Origin: Candidatus Kaiserbacteria bacterium
Lineage (GTDB): Bacteria > Patescibacteriota > Minisyncoccia > Phycocordibacterales > JABMNX01
Direction: 5' to 3'
DNA length: 64,000 nt
Assembly: GCA_016186705.1 (NCBI GenBank)
Contig: JACPLB010000001.1
Coordinates: 11,106-75,105 of the forward strand
Part shown: piece after piece, positions 1 through 9,085 of the stretch
Layout of the letters: each line of letters opens with the position of its first letter
How positions within the stretch are numbered: position 1 is the first letter of the stretch
Notes under the pieces: model-generated
Databases searched by the model: none
Told to the model about the DNA's origin: nothing
The model's input: the letters and a program-made list of their open reading frames with translations, nothing else
Position numbers and translations under genes: made by a program

Positions 1-1
1 G

Positions 2-157
2 TGGATGGAGTTTACCGGAACACCACTTCACAGTCCGGACAGTAGCCGCCGCTTTCTGCACCTTCGTCGCGCTCCCGACGGTTCGTGGAACTGGAGCTAC
101 CGTTTCCTCCACGACGATCGCAATGCCGACTACGTGTCTGTCCGTCTCGCACGTTGA
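2..157 (+). CDS. 3' end of a gene (partial); C-terminus resembles CPR DGR variable/target proteins
   Basis: Frame 2 reads WMEFTGTPLHSPDSSRRFLHLRRAPDGSWNWSYRFLHDDRNADYVSVRLAR* (TGA 155-157). It is absent from the ORF track and is followed by two hairpins. Confidence 0.6.
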   Translation, partial: WMEFTGTPLHSPDSSRRFLHLRRAPDGSWNWSYRFLHDDRNADYVSVRLAR

Positions 158-202
158 ACTTAGCATTGGGACCTCGACACGTGTCATTGGTCCTTTTGCC
201 CT

Positions 203-234
203 TGGCTCCGCGCCCACGCGGAGCCATTTTTCTT
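203..234 (+). terminator. GC-rich hairpin plus T tract (intrinsic terminator or DGR cis hairpin)
   Basis: TGGCTCCGCG-CCCA-CGCGGAGCCA followed by TTTTTCTTT. Confidence 0.75.
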
Positions 235-390
235 TGACACACTAAAGCGTGATAGTGAGCGACCACAGGGACGATATCATTATCATCAATGTAGCGGAAA
301 GTTGCGTGACAAGGTGTTACGCTGCACGCTATCGTCTCTCTATCAGGGGTAAGTTTGTAAAAGAGGTACGAGACGCATACAATAAAGCTC

Positions 391-1692
391 ATGCAAGAAA
401 GTCTCTTCGTCAAAGGTCTCTCCGGAGAGAAGTCTCTTCGCGGAGAGCTCACAGTCAATTGCGCAAAAAACGCGGTCATCAAGGCGATGGCAGCAAGTCT
501 CCTTTTTGAAGATGACGTTCTACTCTCCGATGTGCCCGACATAGAAGATGTGAGTCGCATGGAAGAGCTTTTGAAAGCGCTCGGCGCGGGAGTCGAGAGG
601 AAAGGGCGAAATTGCCGCATTACACCCCAAAAAGACATGTCGCACTCGATTGACACCGGCATATCGGAGCGATTACGCACATCAATCGTCCTTACCGGAC
701 CGCTTCTCTCAAGATTCGGCGAGGTCTCGTTTCCGCACCCCGGGGGATGCCTCATCGGCGCTCGCCCGATAGACTTTTTTCTTGAAGGATTTACAAAGCT
801 CGGCACGGAAGTCTCGTACGAGAAGAATCAATACCACCTGAAAGCAAAAGGAGGAAAACTGAAAGGCGCCGACATTTTTTTCCCGTCCCCATCGCACACG
901 GGAACGGAAACGATGATAATGGCCGCCGTCCTTGCAGACGGCACAACGACACTCCGGAATGCCGCAATGGAACCAGAGATCGTTGACCTGGCGAACTTTC
1001 TCAATGCCTGCGGAGCGCACATAAAGGGAGCGGGAACGCCGACAATCTCGATTGTCGGCGGGACACTCCTCCATGCCCGCGGGCGCGTCCATCGGGCGCT
1101 CTCCGACCGCATTGAAACGGGAAGTTTTCTCATTCTCGGCGCGCTGTGCGCGGACGAGCTTGTGATACGAAACTGCAATCCATCGCACATAGAAATTCTT
1201 ATTGAACTTCTGCGTCGCTCCGGAGTGAAGATTGAAGTCGGGGAAGACACTATCGTTCTCCGCGGCAATAAAAAAATAAAAAACAGTGAACTTAGAGCGG
1301 TGAACGTAAAAACGCACGAGTACCCGGGTTTTGCCACCGACCTTCAAGCGCCGATGACGGTTTTTCTTACTCAAGTCTCCGGGGAGTCGCTCGTCTTCGA
1401 AACGATTTTTGAGGGACGGCTCAATTACACGAGCGACCTCTCGCGTATGGGAGCGAATATTACGCTATGGGACGCTCATCGCGCCGAGGTAAAAGGTCCG
1501 ACGCCGCTTATCGGCCGGACGCTCGGAAGCCCCGACTTGCGCGCAGGTCTTGCGTTTGTTCTTGCCGGAGCGGTTGCAAAAGGGAACTCTCTTATTAATA
1601 ATGTCTATTACATTGACCGCGGCTACGAGCGCATAGAAGAGCGTCTCAAGGCAATCGGACTTCACATAACGCGGACAGCGCGAACCGAATAA
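391..1692 (+). CDS. murA: UDP-N-acetylglucosamine 1-carboxyvinyltransferase
   Basis: AKNA, PGGCLIGARPID (catalytic Cys), YPGFATDLQ, DLRAG and IDRGYE motifs. Confidence 0.97.
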   Translation: MQESLFVKGLSGEKSLRGELTVNCAKNAVIKAMAASLLFEDDVLLSDVPDIEDVSRMEELLKALGAGVERKGRNCRITPQKDMSHSIDTGISERLRTSIVLTGPLLSRFGEVSFPHPGGCLIGARPIDFFLEGFTKLGTEVSYEKNQYHLKAKGGKLKGADIFFPSPSHTGTETMIMAAVLADGTTTLRNAAMEPEIVDLANFLNACGAHIKGAGTPTISIVGGTLLHARGRVHRALSDRIETGSFLILGALCADELVIRNCNPSHIEILIELLRRSGVKIEVGEDTIVLRGNKKIKNSELRAVNVKTHEYPGFATDLQAPMTVFLTQVSGESLVFETIFEGRLNYTSDLSRMGANITLWDAHRAEVKGPTPLIGRTLGSPDLRAGLAFVLAGAVAKGNSLINNVYYIDRGYERIEERLKAIGLHITRTARTE

Positions 1693-1694
1693 CC

Positions 1695-2708
1695 ATGTCA
1701 TTTTTCTCGCCAAAACTCGGTATTGACCTCGGCACCACCTACACCCTCGTGTTTGTCCCGGGGAAAGGCGTGGTGCTCAACGAGCCGTCAGTCGTCGCGG
1801 TCTCCGAGTACGATAATAAAATCCTCGCGGTGGGGAACAGTGCGAAGGACATGATAGGGCGGACGCCGGACAATATCATTGCGTATCGCCCGATGAAGGA
1901 CGGCGTCATCGCGGACTACAAAGTGACCGAAGCGATGCTCCGCTATTACATGAAAAAGGCGCTTGGTTCGTGGAACCTCTTTCGTCCGGAAGTGATGATT
2001 TCGGTTCCTGCAGGCGTTACGTCAACAGAGAAGCGTGCGGTTATCGAAGCGGCGACCAAGGCGGGCGCGAAAAACGCCTATGTCGTCAAAGAGCCGGTTC
2101 TTGCGGCAATCGGCGCGGGCATTCCGATTCAGGAAGCCTGCGGGCACATGATTGTGGATGTCGGCGGAGGCACGATTGACGTCGCGGTGATTTCGCTCGG
2201 CGGAATTGTCGCGTCGACTTCGGTGAAGTGCGCGGGGAATCGCATTGACCAGGCAATCGCAGACTACGTGAAAAAAACATTCAACCTCGCCATCGGCGAT
2301 AAGACTGCCGAGGATATCAAAATTAAAATCGGCTCCGCCGTGCCGCTCGAGGAAGAGCTCGTCATGGTTATCAAGGGGCGTGATTTTCTCACAGGGCTTC
2401 CGCGTTCGACGGACATCCGCACGAACGAAATCGTGAAGGCAATCGCGCGCGAGCTCCGCGAGATGATAAAAGCAATCCGCGACGTGCTCCAAGACACTCC
2501 ACCCGAACTCTCGGCAGACATCATTGACCAAGGTATTACCATGACCGGCGGCTCCTCGCAGTTGCGGAACTTTCCGGAACTCGTCTTTCGCCGCACGGGA
2601 GTGAAAGCGTACCTTGCGGACGACGCACCGTACTGCGTCGCGAAAGGCACCGGCATCGCACTCAACCACCTCAAGACCTATAAGAAAAGCATTCTGGCAA
2701 AAGCGTAA
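1695..2708 (+). CDS. mreB: MreB/Mbl-family rod-shape actin homolog (paralog 1)
   Basis: GIDLGT, EPSVVA, DGVIAD and DVGGGT actin-fold motifs. Confidence 0.95.
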   Translation: MSFFSPKLGIDLGTTYTLVFVPGKGVVLNEPSVVAVSEYDNKILAVGNSAKDMIGRTPDNIIAYRPMKDGVIADYKVTEAMLRYYMKKALGSWNLFRPEVMISVPAGVTSTEKRAVIEAATKAGAKNAYVVKEPVLAAIGAGIPIQEACGHMIVDVGGGTIDVAVISLGGIVASTSVKCAGNRIDQAIADYVKKTFNLAIGDKTAEDIKIKIGSAVPLEEELVMVIKGRDFLTGLPRSTDIRTNEIVKAIARELREMIKAIRDVLQDTPPELSADIIDQGITMTGGSSQLRNFPELVFRRTGVKAYLADDAPYCVAKGTGIALNHLKTYKKSILAKA

Positions 2709-2760
2709 GAACATACGCAGCCCGTTGCCATACAGTGCGATTTTTTTGATACAATAAAGG

Positions 2761-2930
2761 TTCCTCGGGGCAAGCCCCGCAAAATGCGGGGCAAGCCCCG
2801 AGGAATTGACGGAGGAGCTCGCTTCGCTCGCACGATCGCGTCGCATCCGCCAGCTGGCGGAGCGCGGTATTAAAACCTATATTAGCTCCTCGGCTCGGAA
2901 ATGTGAAAATCCTGATTTTCACATTTCACT
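2761..2930. repeat. Cluster of REP-like palindromes
   Basis: TTCCTCGGGGCAAGCCCCG-CAAAATG-CGGGGCAAGCCCCGAGGAA; TCCGCCAGCTGGCGGA; GAAATGTGAAAATC-CT-GATTTTCACATTTC. Confidence 0.7.
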
Positions 2931-2954
2931 CACCCTACGTCGCTAATAAAAATT

Positions 2955-3656
2955 GTGCAAGAACTTACCGACATATATCACAACGGTGCGTTGCACCACG
3001 CGTATCTCATTGTAGACGATAGGGACAGGAGTAAAGACGTTGCAAAATTTGTTGAAGAGAATCTCGGTATTCCTGCGCGCGGCAATCCCGACGTGCACAT
3101 ACGGGAATACAACGTTTTCGGGATTGACAACGCGCGAGAGATTCAATCGCTTGAATCAAAACGCTCCGCCTCTCCCGGAGCGCGTCCGACCGAAGCGGGA
3201 AAAAAGATTTTCATACTCTCTACGCATTCCATAACTCGCGAGGCGCAGAACGCGTTTCTTAAGACGCTTGAAGAGCCGACCGCGGGGACTCATTTTTTCA
3301 TACTCATGCGCTCACCCGACATACTCCTTCCGACGCTTCTCTCCCGCATGCATGTTGTAAAGCTTAAAAAAAGCGGCGCGTCAACCACGTTCGCGAGGCA
3401 GTTTCTCTCATCTCCCGCGCCGGAGCGCCTCGCGCTTATAAAGGACATTATTGAATCAAAAAACAAGCCTGATGCGCTTCTGCTTATTGACAGGCTTGAA
3501 CAAGAACTTCACGACCGCACCGACTTCAGGGAAAGTGAGCATGTGCCGGAGGCATTTGAAGCGCTTCAGAGCGTCCGTTCGTACCTCACTGACCGCTCGT
3601 CATCGGTGAAAATTTTACTCGAGTACCTGTCGGTAACACTCCCGCGTATATCATGA
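2955..3656 (+). CDS. holB: DNA polymerase III delta'-like clamp loader subunit
   Basis: HHAYL, NPDV, EAQNAFLKTLEEP and LPTLLSR motifs. Confidence 0.85.
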   Translation: MQELTDIYHNGALHHAYLIVDDRDRSKDVAKFVEENLGIPARGNPDVHIREYNVFGIDNAREIQSLESKRSASPGARPTEAGKKIFILSTHSITREAQNAFLKTLEEPTAGTHFFILMRSPDILLPTLLSRMHVVKLKKSGASTTFARQFLSSPAPERLALIKDIIESKNKPDALLLIDRLEQELHDRTDFRESEHVPEAFEALQSVRSYLTDRSSSVKILLEYLSVTLPRIS

Positions 3657-4615
3657 GCCGTACGAATACTTTTTTCATACTCGCGCTCCTCTTCTTTTTT
3701 CTTTTGCCTTCTTTTTCGGAAACCGTACTTGCCGCGATTAACGCGAAGCATGTCGGATTTGTGAATTCTTCACTATGGTTTGACCGCGAACCATTTTTCT
3801 CAAACGAGAACGTGCGAGTGTACACCGCGCTCGCCAACAGCACGCCGGCGGATTTCAACGGCACTATTGAGTTTTACGACGGGGACATACTCATCGGCTC
3901 TTCAGAGGTATCGCTTGAACGAAACGGCGGCTTTGAAGTCGTCTGGGCTGATTGGACTCCTCATGAAGGAGACCATACGGTACGGGTAAGAATTGTTGAC
4001 GCTATATTGATACCTCCGGAAGGAGAGCCGATACCCGTTACGTACGATGAAGAACCGTCGTCCGCACTCTCTCGTTTTGTGGACACGGATACTGATGGCG
4101 ACGGGGTCGGGAACAGGGACGATACCGATGATGACAATGACGGCATACCTAACGAGAAAGACGACATGCCGCTCGTCGCTTTATCTCTTCCGAACAGTAC
4201 GACAGGTAAGGAAGAAGAGAAAGATTCAATACGTTCTCTTGCCGAGGACCTCTCGGGTCAAGCGGTTTTGCAAATCGGAAACGTCGCTTCAAGCACGATG
4301 CCTCGGATTGTTGCAGGCGTAGAGACGGCGCTTGAGGCAATTGAAGAATTCCGCATCGGCCAGAACGAAAAAGTTGACGCGCGAATAAAGACGATACGAG
4401 AGAGAATTGCCGAAGACCGCGCGGGCTTTGAGGAGTTGCCTCAAAGTGAAGAGGAGCGGAAGAACGCGCCGTGGAACCAGCTTGAGCTCTTGGCACTCAC
4501 TGCCGCAGGGTATACATTGAGCAATAGAATCGTCTTTTATCTTTTTGCCGCGTTTATTGCGTATGTTATTCTAAAGACAATCATTCCGTGGATGTATTAT
4601 AAAATTCGCGGATAA
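3653..4615 (+). CDS. Exported/membrane-anchored protein with a beta-rich N domain and TSP3-like Ca-binding repeat
   Basis: Signal peptide, DTDTDGDGVGNRDDTDDDNDG, C-terminal TM helix. Confidence 0.75.
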   Translation: MSRTNTFFILALLFFFLLPSFSETVLAAINAKHVGFVNSSLWFDREPFFSNENVRVYTALANSTPADFNGTIEFYDGDILIGSSEVSLERNGGFEVVWADWTPHEGDHTVRVRIVDAILIPPEGEPIPVTYDEEPSSALSRFVDTDTDGDGVGNRDDTDDDNDGIPNEKDDMPLVALSLPNSTTGKEEEKDSIRSLAEDLSGQAVLQIGNVASSTMPRIVAGVETALEAIEEFRIGQNEKVDARIKTIRERIAEDRAGFEELPQSEEERKNAPWNQLELLALTAAGYTLSNRIVFYLFAAFIAYVILKTIIPWMYYKIRG

Positions 4616-4631
4616 CATAACGTATATATCT

Positions 4632-4940
4632 ATGAGCACGCTCGCACTTATTTTCATCGGTCTTCTCGGGATACTCCTCGGGTACACAATGGGCAGGCGT
4701 GATATCCGCGCGCGAATGACCGCTTTTGTGAATGAAGAGCGTCTTCTCCATAAAGAGAAATGGAAGGGTATGATTATGAAACATCTTCGCGAACGCGGGG
4801 AGTTGACCAATAGTGACGTGCGGGAATTACTCGGAGTGTCAGACACGACGGTTGTGAGGTATTTTGACGAACTTGAAAAAGAAGGGAAAGTTGTGCAGAC
4901 GGGGAAGAGCGGTCGCGGCGTGCATTACGAACTCGCGTGA
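4632..4940 (+). CDS. Small membrane-anchored winged-HTH protein (DeoR-like HTH)
   Basis: N-terminal TM helix, then LTNSDVRELLGVSDTTVVRYFDELEKEG. Confidence 0.75.
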   Translation: MSTLALIFIGLLGILLGYTMGRRDIRARMTAFVNEERLLHKEKWKGMIMKHLRERGELTNSDVRELLGVSDTTVVRYFDELEKEGKVVQTGKSGRGVHYELA

Positions 4941-4950
4941 TGTTTCTGAA

Positions 4951-4983
4951 AATAAACGCCACAGGTATCTGTGGCGTTTATTA
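4951..4983. terminator. Hairpin, likely terminator
   Basis: AATAAACGCCACAG-GTAT-CTGTGGCGTTTATT. Confidence 0.7.
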
Positions 4984-5001
4984 TGTTACAATATGCTCGC
5001 T

Positions 5002-5553
5002 ATGGCGTATGATTTTTCTTCACTAAAGAAAAAGATTTCCGATACGGAAGTCTGGCTCAAGAAGGAATTCCAGAGCATTCGCACCGGCAGGGCAGTCCCC
5101 GCGCTTCTTGACGGCATTCAGGTGGAATCGTACGGTTCCCGCGTGTCTCTTAACCACGTGGGAAGCATCGGCATTGAGGACCCGCGCACGCTCCGCGTTT
5201 CGGTATGGAATACGGAACAGGTAAAAGACGTTGAGCGGGCGATTACCGACGCGAACCTCGGCGTCGGCGTCTCATCTGACGAGAAAGGCGTTCGCGTGAC
5301 ATTTCCAGAGCTTACATCAGAGAGGCGCGAGATGCTCATAAAGCTCGCGAAAGATAAAAGGGAAGACGCACGTGTCTCACTCCGGAGCGAGCGCGACCTG
5401 GTCTGGAGCGACATCCAAAAAAAGGAGCGGGACGGAGAGGTCGGCGAAGACGACAAATTCAGATACAAGGAAGAGATGCAGAAGCTTGTTGACAAAGGCA
5501 ATAAAGCGCTTGACGCATTGATGGAGAAAAAAGAAGCAGAAATCCACTCTTAG
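5002..5553 (+). CDS. frr: Ribosome recycling factor
   Basis: IRTGRA, FPELTSERR, ARVSLR; start reassigned to ATG 5002. Confidence 0.95.
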   Translation: MAYDFSSLKKKISDTEVWLKKEFQSIRTGRAVPALLDGIQVESYGSRVSLNHVGSIGIEDPRTLRVSVWNTEQVKDVERAITDANLGVGVSSDEKGVRVTFPELTSERREMLIKLAKDKREDARVSLRSERDLVWSDIQKKERDGEVGEDDKFRYKEEMQKLVDKGNKALDALMEKKEAEIHS

Positions 5554-5566
5554 TCTTGTTTTTACT

Positions 5567-5595
5567 GGAAGCTCTAAGCTAAAAGCTGTAAGCTA
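5567..5595 (+). repeat. Heptamer-period AAGCTnn tandem repeat
   Basis: AAGCT at 5569, 5576, 5583 and 5590. Confidence 0.8.
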
Positions 5596-5600
5596 TTTCT

Positions 5601-6701
5601 ATGTCAATTCTCATTTTTCTCGCGGTACTCCTCGTGCTCATTATCGTCCATGAATTCGGACATTTTATCGTTGCAAAACGTGCCGGCATTCGAGTGGATG
5701 AATTCGGCATCGGATTTCCGCCGAAACTTTTTGGCATAAAAAAGGGGGAAACGGAATACACGCTAAATGCGCTTCCGTTTGGCGGTTTCGTGCGCATCTT
5801 CGGGGAAAATCCCGACGACCCCCTGCTTCAAGGACCCGACAGTGACAGGGCGCTTGTCCGAAAGCCAAAGCTCGTCCAAGCGGCAGTACTCTTTGCCGGA
5901 GTCTTTTTTAACGTACTTCTTGCATGGATACTTTTCTCCGGAACGCTCATGACAGGAACTCCCGCAGTCGCCGGTGAGCACGAGAAATATATCTCGAACG
6001 AGAAATTACTCGTTACCCACGTCCTTCCAGACACTCCGGCGTCGCGGACGGAACTCCGCGCAGGAGACGCAATTCTCTCGCTCTCAAGCGGCGGGTCGAG
6101 CATACAGCCCGAAAGTCCGGAAGAGGCAAGCGCCTTCATTCGCGCTCATCACGGAGAATCAATTCTTCTTGCGTTTGAAAGAGACGGCGTAATGTTTGCC
6201 GCGCCGCTTATTCCGGAGACGGGGCTTATTGAAGAATCTCCAGAGACTCCCGCCATCGGGATTGGCATGGGTCGTGTGGGGGAGCTCCGGCTTCCGTTTC
6301 ACCTCGCGCTTTTAGAGGGAGGAGAGCAGACGCTTAGCATGCTCTACCGCATCACTCTTGGCATTGGCACGTTTCTCTTTGACGCGCTCCTTCTTCAAGC
6401 AGACCTCTCCACAGTCGCCGGTCCGGTCGGTATCGTCGGGCTTGTCGGGAACGCGTCTGCACTCGGTATTGTGGCGCTCCTCAACTTTACGGCAATTATT
6501 TCGCTCAATCTCGCCGTTATCAATCTCATTCCGTTTCCCGCGCTCGACGGAGGACGATTGCTTTTTCTTTGCATCGAAGCACTCAAAGGCTCTCCCATCA
6601 AGCCGAAGGTCGCCGCCGCGTGGAATACCGCTGGCTTCGCGCTCCTCGTTCTTCTTATGCTCGTCGTGACGTATAGCGACATCCTCCGGCTTTTTGGATA
6701 A
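5601..6701 (+). CDS. rseP: RIP (site-2) metalloprotease with PDZ domain
   Basis: HEFGH, LPFGGFV, GPVGI, NLIPFPALDGG. Confidence 0.95.
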   Translation: MSILIFLAVLLVLIIVHEFGHFIVAKRAGIRVDEFGIGFPPKLFGIKKGETEYTLNALPFGGFVRIFGENPDDPLLQGPDSDRALVRKPKLVQAAVLFAGVFFNVLLAWILFSGTLMTGTPAVAGEHEKYISNEKLLVTHVLPDTPASRTELRAGDAILSLSSGGSSIQPESPEEASAFIRAHHGESILLAFERDGVMFAAPLIPETGLIEESPETPAIGIGMGRVGELRLPFHLALLEGGEQTLSMLYRITLGIGTFLFDALLLQADLSTVAGPVGIVGLVGNASALGIVALLNFTAIISLNLAVINLIPFPALDGGRLLFLCIEALKGSPIKPKVAAAWNTAGFALLVLLMLVVTYSDILRLFG

Positions 6702-6758
6702 AAAAGGCCAAAAAACAATTTTTGACCGCGCACTCCGGATAGGATACTATTTCATTTA

Positions 6759-8009
6759 ATGAAACAAAGCGTACTCTTCACAAAGACCAGGAAAGAAGCT
6801 CCAAAGGATGAAGTCTCTTTGAACGCGAAGCTCCTCATACGGGGCGGGTTTATCCATAAGCGAATGGCGGGAGTGTACGAGTATCTCCCCCTCGGGCTTT
6901 TGGTGCTCAATAATATCATAGGGGTCATCCGCGAAGAGATGAATGCTATCGGCGGGCAAGAAATGAAACTTTCCGCTCTCCAGGATAAAGCGACGTGGGA
7001 GACGACAGGCAGGTGGGACGATGAAAAAATTCCGGTGTGGTTCAAGACGAGACTGAAAGAAGGCGCCGAGCTCGGACTCGGATTCACACACGAGGAACCG
7101 CTGACCGAGCTTATGCGCGGGTACGTTTCTTCGTACAAAGACCTGCCCGTTTACCCCTACCAATTTCAGACAAAATTCAGGAATGAAGAACGCGCCAAGA
7201 GCGGCATTATACGGACGCGCGAATTCATTATGAAAGACCTGTACTCATTTTCGCGAAGTGAGGCGGAGCACCGGGCATTTTATGAACAATGCGCCGGAGC
7301 GTATCGAAAGATTTTCAAGCGTCTCGGCATCGGAGAGATTACCTATCGGACGTTCGCGAGCGGCGGGGTATTCAGTACGTACAGCGATGAGTTCCAAACA
7401 CTCTCTCAAGCGGGAGAAGACACCATTTATATAGATGAAGCGAAAGGCATCGCGGTCAACAAAGAAGTTTATACGGACGATGTGCTCAAAGACCTCGGAC
7501 TCGAAAAAAAGAATCTCAAAGAGAAGCGTTCCGTCGAAGTCGGGAATATCTTCTCTCTCGGTACGCGTTTTTCGGATGCGTTCAAGCTTGCATTTAAAGA
7601 CGAAAACGGCGCACAAAAATCCGCCGTTATGGGAAGCTACGGCATCGGTCCGGGGCGTTTGATGGGGGTCATTGTCGAAACGCTCGCTGACGAAAAAGGC
7701 ATCGTGTGGCCGAGTGAAGCCGCTCCGTTCGCGTTTCACCTTCTTAATATCGGAGGTGGCGATGAAAAGGTGAGAGCGTATACCGACACACTATACAAAA
7801 AACTCTTGAAAGTTGGCATCGCGGTTTTATATGACGACAGAGACCTGCGCGCCGGAGAGAAATTCGCGGACAGCGACCTCATCGGCATTCCGAAAAGAAT
7901 CGTGGTAAGCGGGAAAACGCTTGAAGCGAAGAACATTGAAGTGGTTGAAAGAAAAACTGGAAAAACAAAGCATGTCGCAGAAGCTGAACTTTTCCATAGA
8001 GGAGCATGA
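6759..8009 (+). CDS. proS: Prolyl-tRNA synthetase (short form without editing domain)
   Basis: THEE, FRNEERAKSGIIRTREF, MGSYGIG, GEKFADSDLIG. Confidence 0.95.
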   Translation: MKQSVLFTKTRKEAPKDEVSLNAKLLIRGGFIHKRMAGVYEYLPLGLLVLNNIIGVIREEMNAIGGQEMKLSALQDKATWETTGRWDDEKIPVWFKTRLKEGAELGLGFTHEEPLTELMRGYVSSYKDLPVYPYQFQTKFRNEERAKSGIIRTREFIMKDLYSFSRSEAEHRAFYEQCAGAYRKIFKRLGIGEITYRTFASGGVFSTYSDEFQTLSQAGEDTIYIDEAKGIAVNKEVYTDDVLKDLGLEKKNLKEKRSVEVGNIFSLGTRFSDAFKLAFKDENGAQKSAVMGSYGIGPGRLMGVIVETLADEKGIVWPSEAAPFAFHLLNIGGGDEKVRAYTDTLYKKLLKVGIAVLYDDRDLRAGEKFADSDLIGIPKRIVVSGKTLEAKNIEVVERKTGKTKHVAEAELFHRGA

Positions 8010-9085
8010 CATTTCGCGAAACAATCAAAAACTACCTTGAAAAACTGTATCGGCTGTTTTCGCATGACATCGGCATAGACCTCGGCACCGCAAACACGCT
8101 TGTGTATCTCCGCGGGCGCGGAGTCGTCATTAATGAACCGTCCATTGTTGCGGTGAACCAAAAAACGGGACAGATTGTTGCCATCGGCACGCAGGCAAAG
8201 GAGATGCTCGGGAGAACTCCGGGGCACATCACGGCGGTTCAGCCTGTGGTTGACGGTGTCATCTCCGACTTCGAAGTGACGGAAGAGATGCTCGCGTATC
8301 TCATTAACAAGGCACAAGAAGGTCGCCGGTCGCTCTTCGGACCGCGGGTTGTCGTCGGGGTACCGTCCGGCATTACGAGCGTCGAGATACGCGCGGTTCG
8401 AGACGCCGCGAAAAACGCCGGCGCTCGGGAAGTTCATATTATTGAAGAGCCCATGGCCGCGGCAATCGGCATGAAGCTTCCGGTGCACGAGCCCATCGGC
8501 AGTATGGTGGTTGATATCGGCGGGGGCACATGCGACGTGGCGATTATTTCGCTCGGCGGCATCGTTCAGTCGAAGAACGTTCGTATCGCTGGAGACCGGC
8601 TTAATCAAGACATCGCGTCGTACATCAGAAGCGAGTTTAAAATTCTCATCGGGGAAAAAACTGCGGAATCCCTCAAAATTGCCGCGGTATCTTTGCTTGA
8701 AGGCGGGGAGCCGATTGAAGCGACGGTGCGCGGACGGGACCTTGTAACGGGTCTTCCGCGCGAAGTCGTCATCACGGACTCCGACATTCGCGAGGCAATT
8801 TCAAATTCAATCAATCATTTGATTGACGCCGTGAAGGAGGTTCTTGAGACGACACCGCCCGAGGTTCTCTCCGATGTCATGCAAAGGGGCATGTACCTTG
8901 CCGGCGGCGGCGCTCTTATCCGGGGGCTCCCCGAAGCCCTTGAAAACGTGCTGGGCATTCCCGTGTACGTAACTGATGACCCCCTCTCCGCCGTCGTGCG
9001 CGGTACCGGTATTGTCCTTGAAAACATTGACCTCTATAGAGAAACCCTCATAGAAAATGAAAACGAGCTTTCTCCGACAGAGTAA
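8006..9085 (+). CDS. mreB: Rod shape-determining protein MreB (paralog 2, in the mreBCD operon)
   Basis: GIDLGTANT, DIGGGT, GGGALI. Confidence 0.96.
   Translation: MTFRETIKNYLEKLYRLFSHDIGIDLGTANTLVYLRGRGVVINEPSIVAVNQKTGQIVAIGTQAKEMLGRTPGHITAVQPVVDGVISDFEVTEEMLAYLINKAQEGRRSLFGPRVVVGVPSGITSVEIRAVRDAAKNAGAREVHIIEEPMAAAIGMKLPVHEPIGSMVVDIGGGTCDVAIISLGGIVQSKNVRIAGDRLNQDIASYIRSEFKILIGEKTAESLKIAAVSLLEGGEPIEATVRGRDLVTGLPREVVITDSDIREAISNSINHLIDAVKEVLETTPPEVLSDVMQRGMYLAGGGALIRGLPEALENVLGIPVYVTDDPLSAVVRGTGIVLENIDLYRETLIENENELSPTE

Noticed and set aside
1-60. GATGGAGTT resembling the start of a fluoride riboswitch
   Set aside because: The 3' GCT.ATGACTCC element is absent, and the stretch lies within a plausible coding frame.
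12-2846. Long antisense ORFs (e.g. 12..806, 709..1374, 2022..2846 and similar ones throughout the window)
   Set aside because: They are shadow ORFs opposite well-supported conserved genes.
6759-8009. Alternative genetic code (UGA=Gly, code 25)
   Set aside because: Conserved genes are intact under code 11, and TGA ends genes such as proS, holB and mreC at the expected positions.
1695-9085. Two mreB copies as a novelty
   Set aside because: Multiple MreB/Mbl paralogs are common, and both look intact and ordinary.
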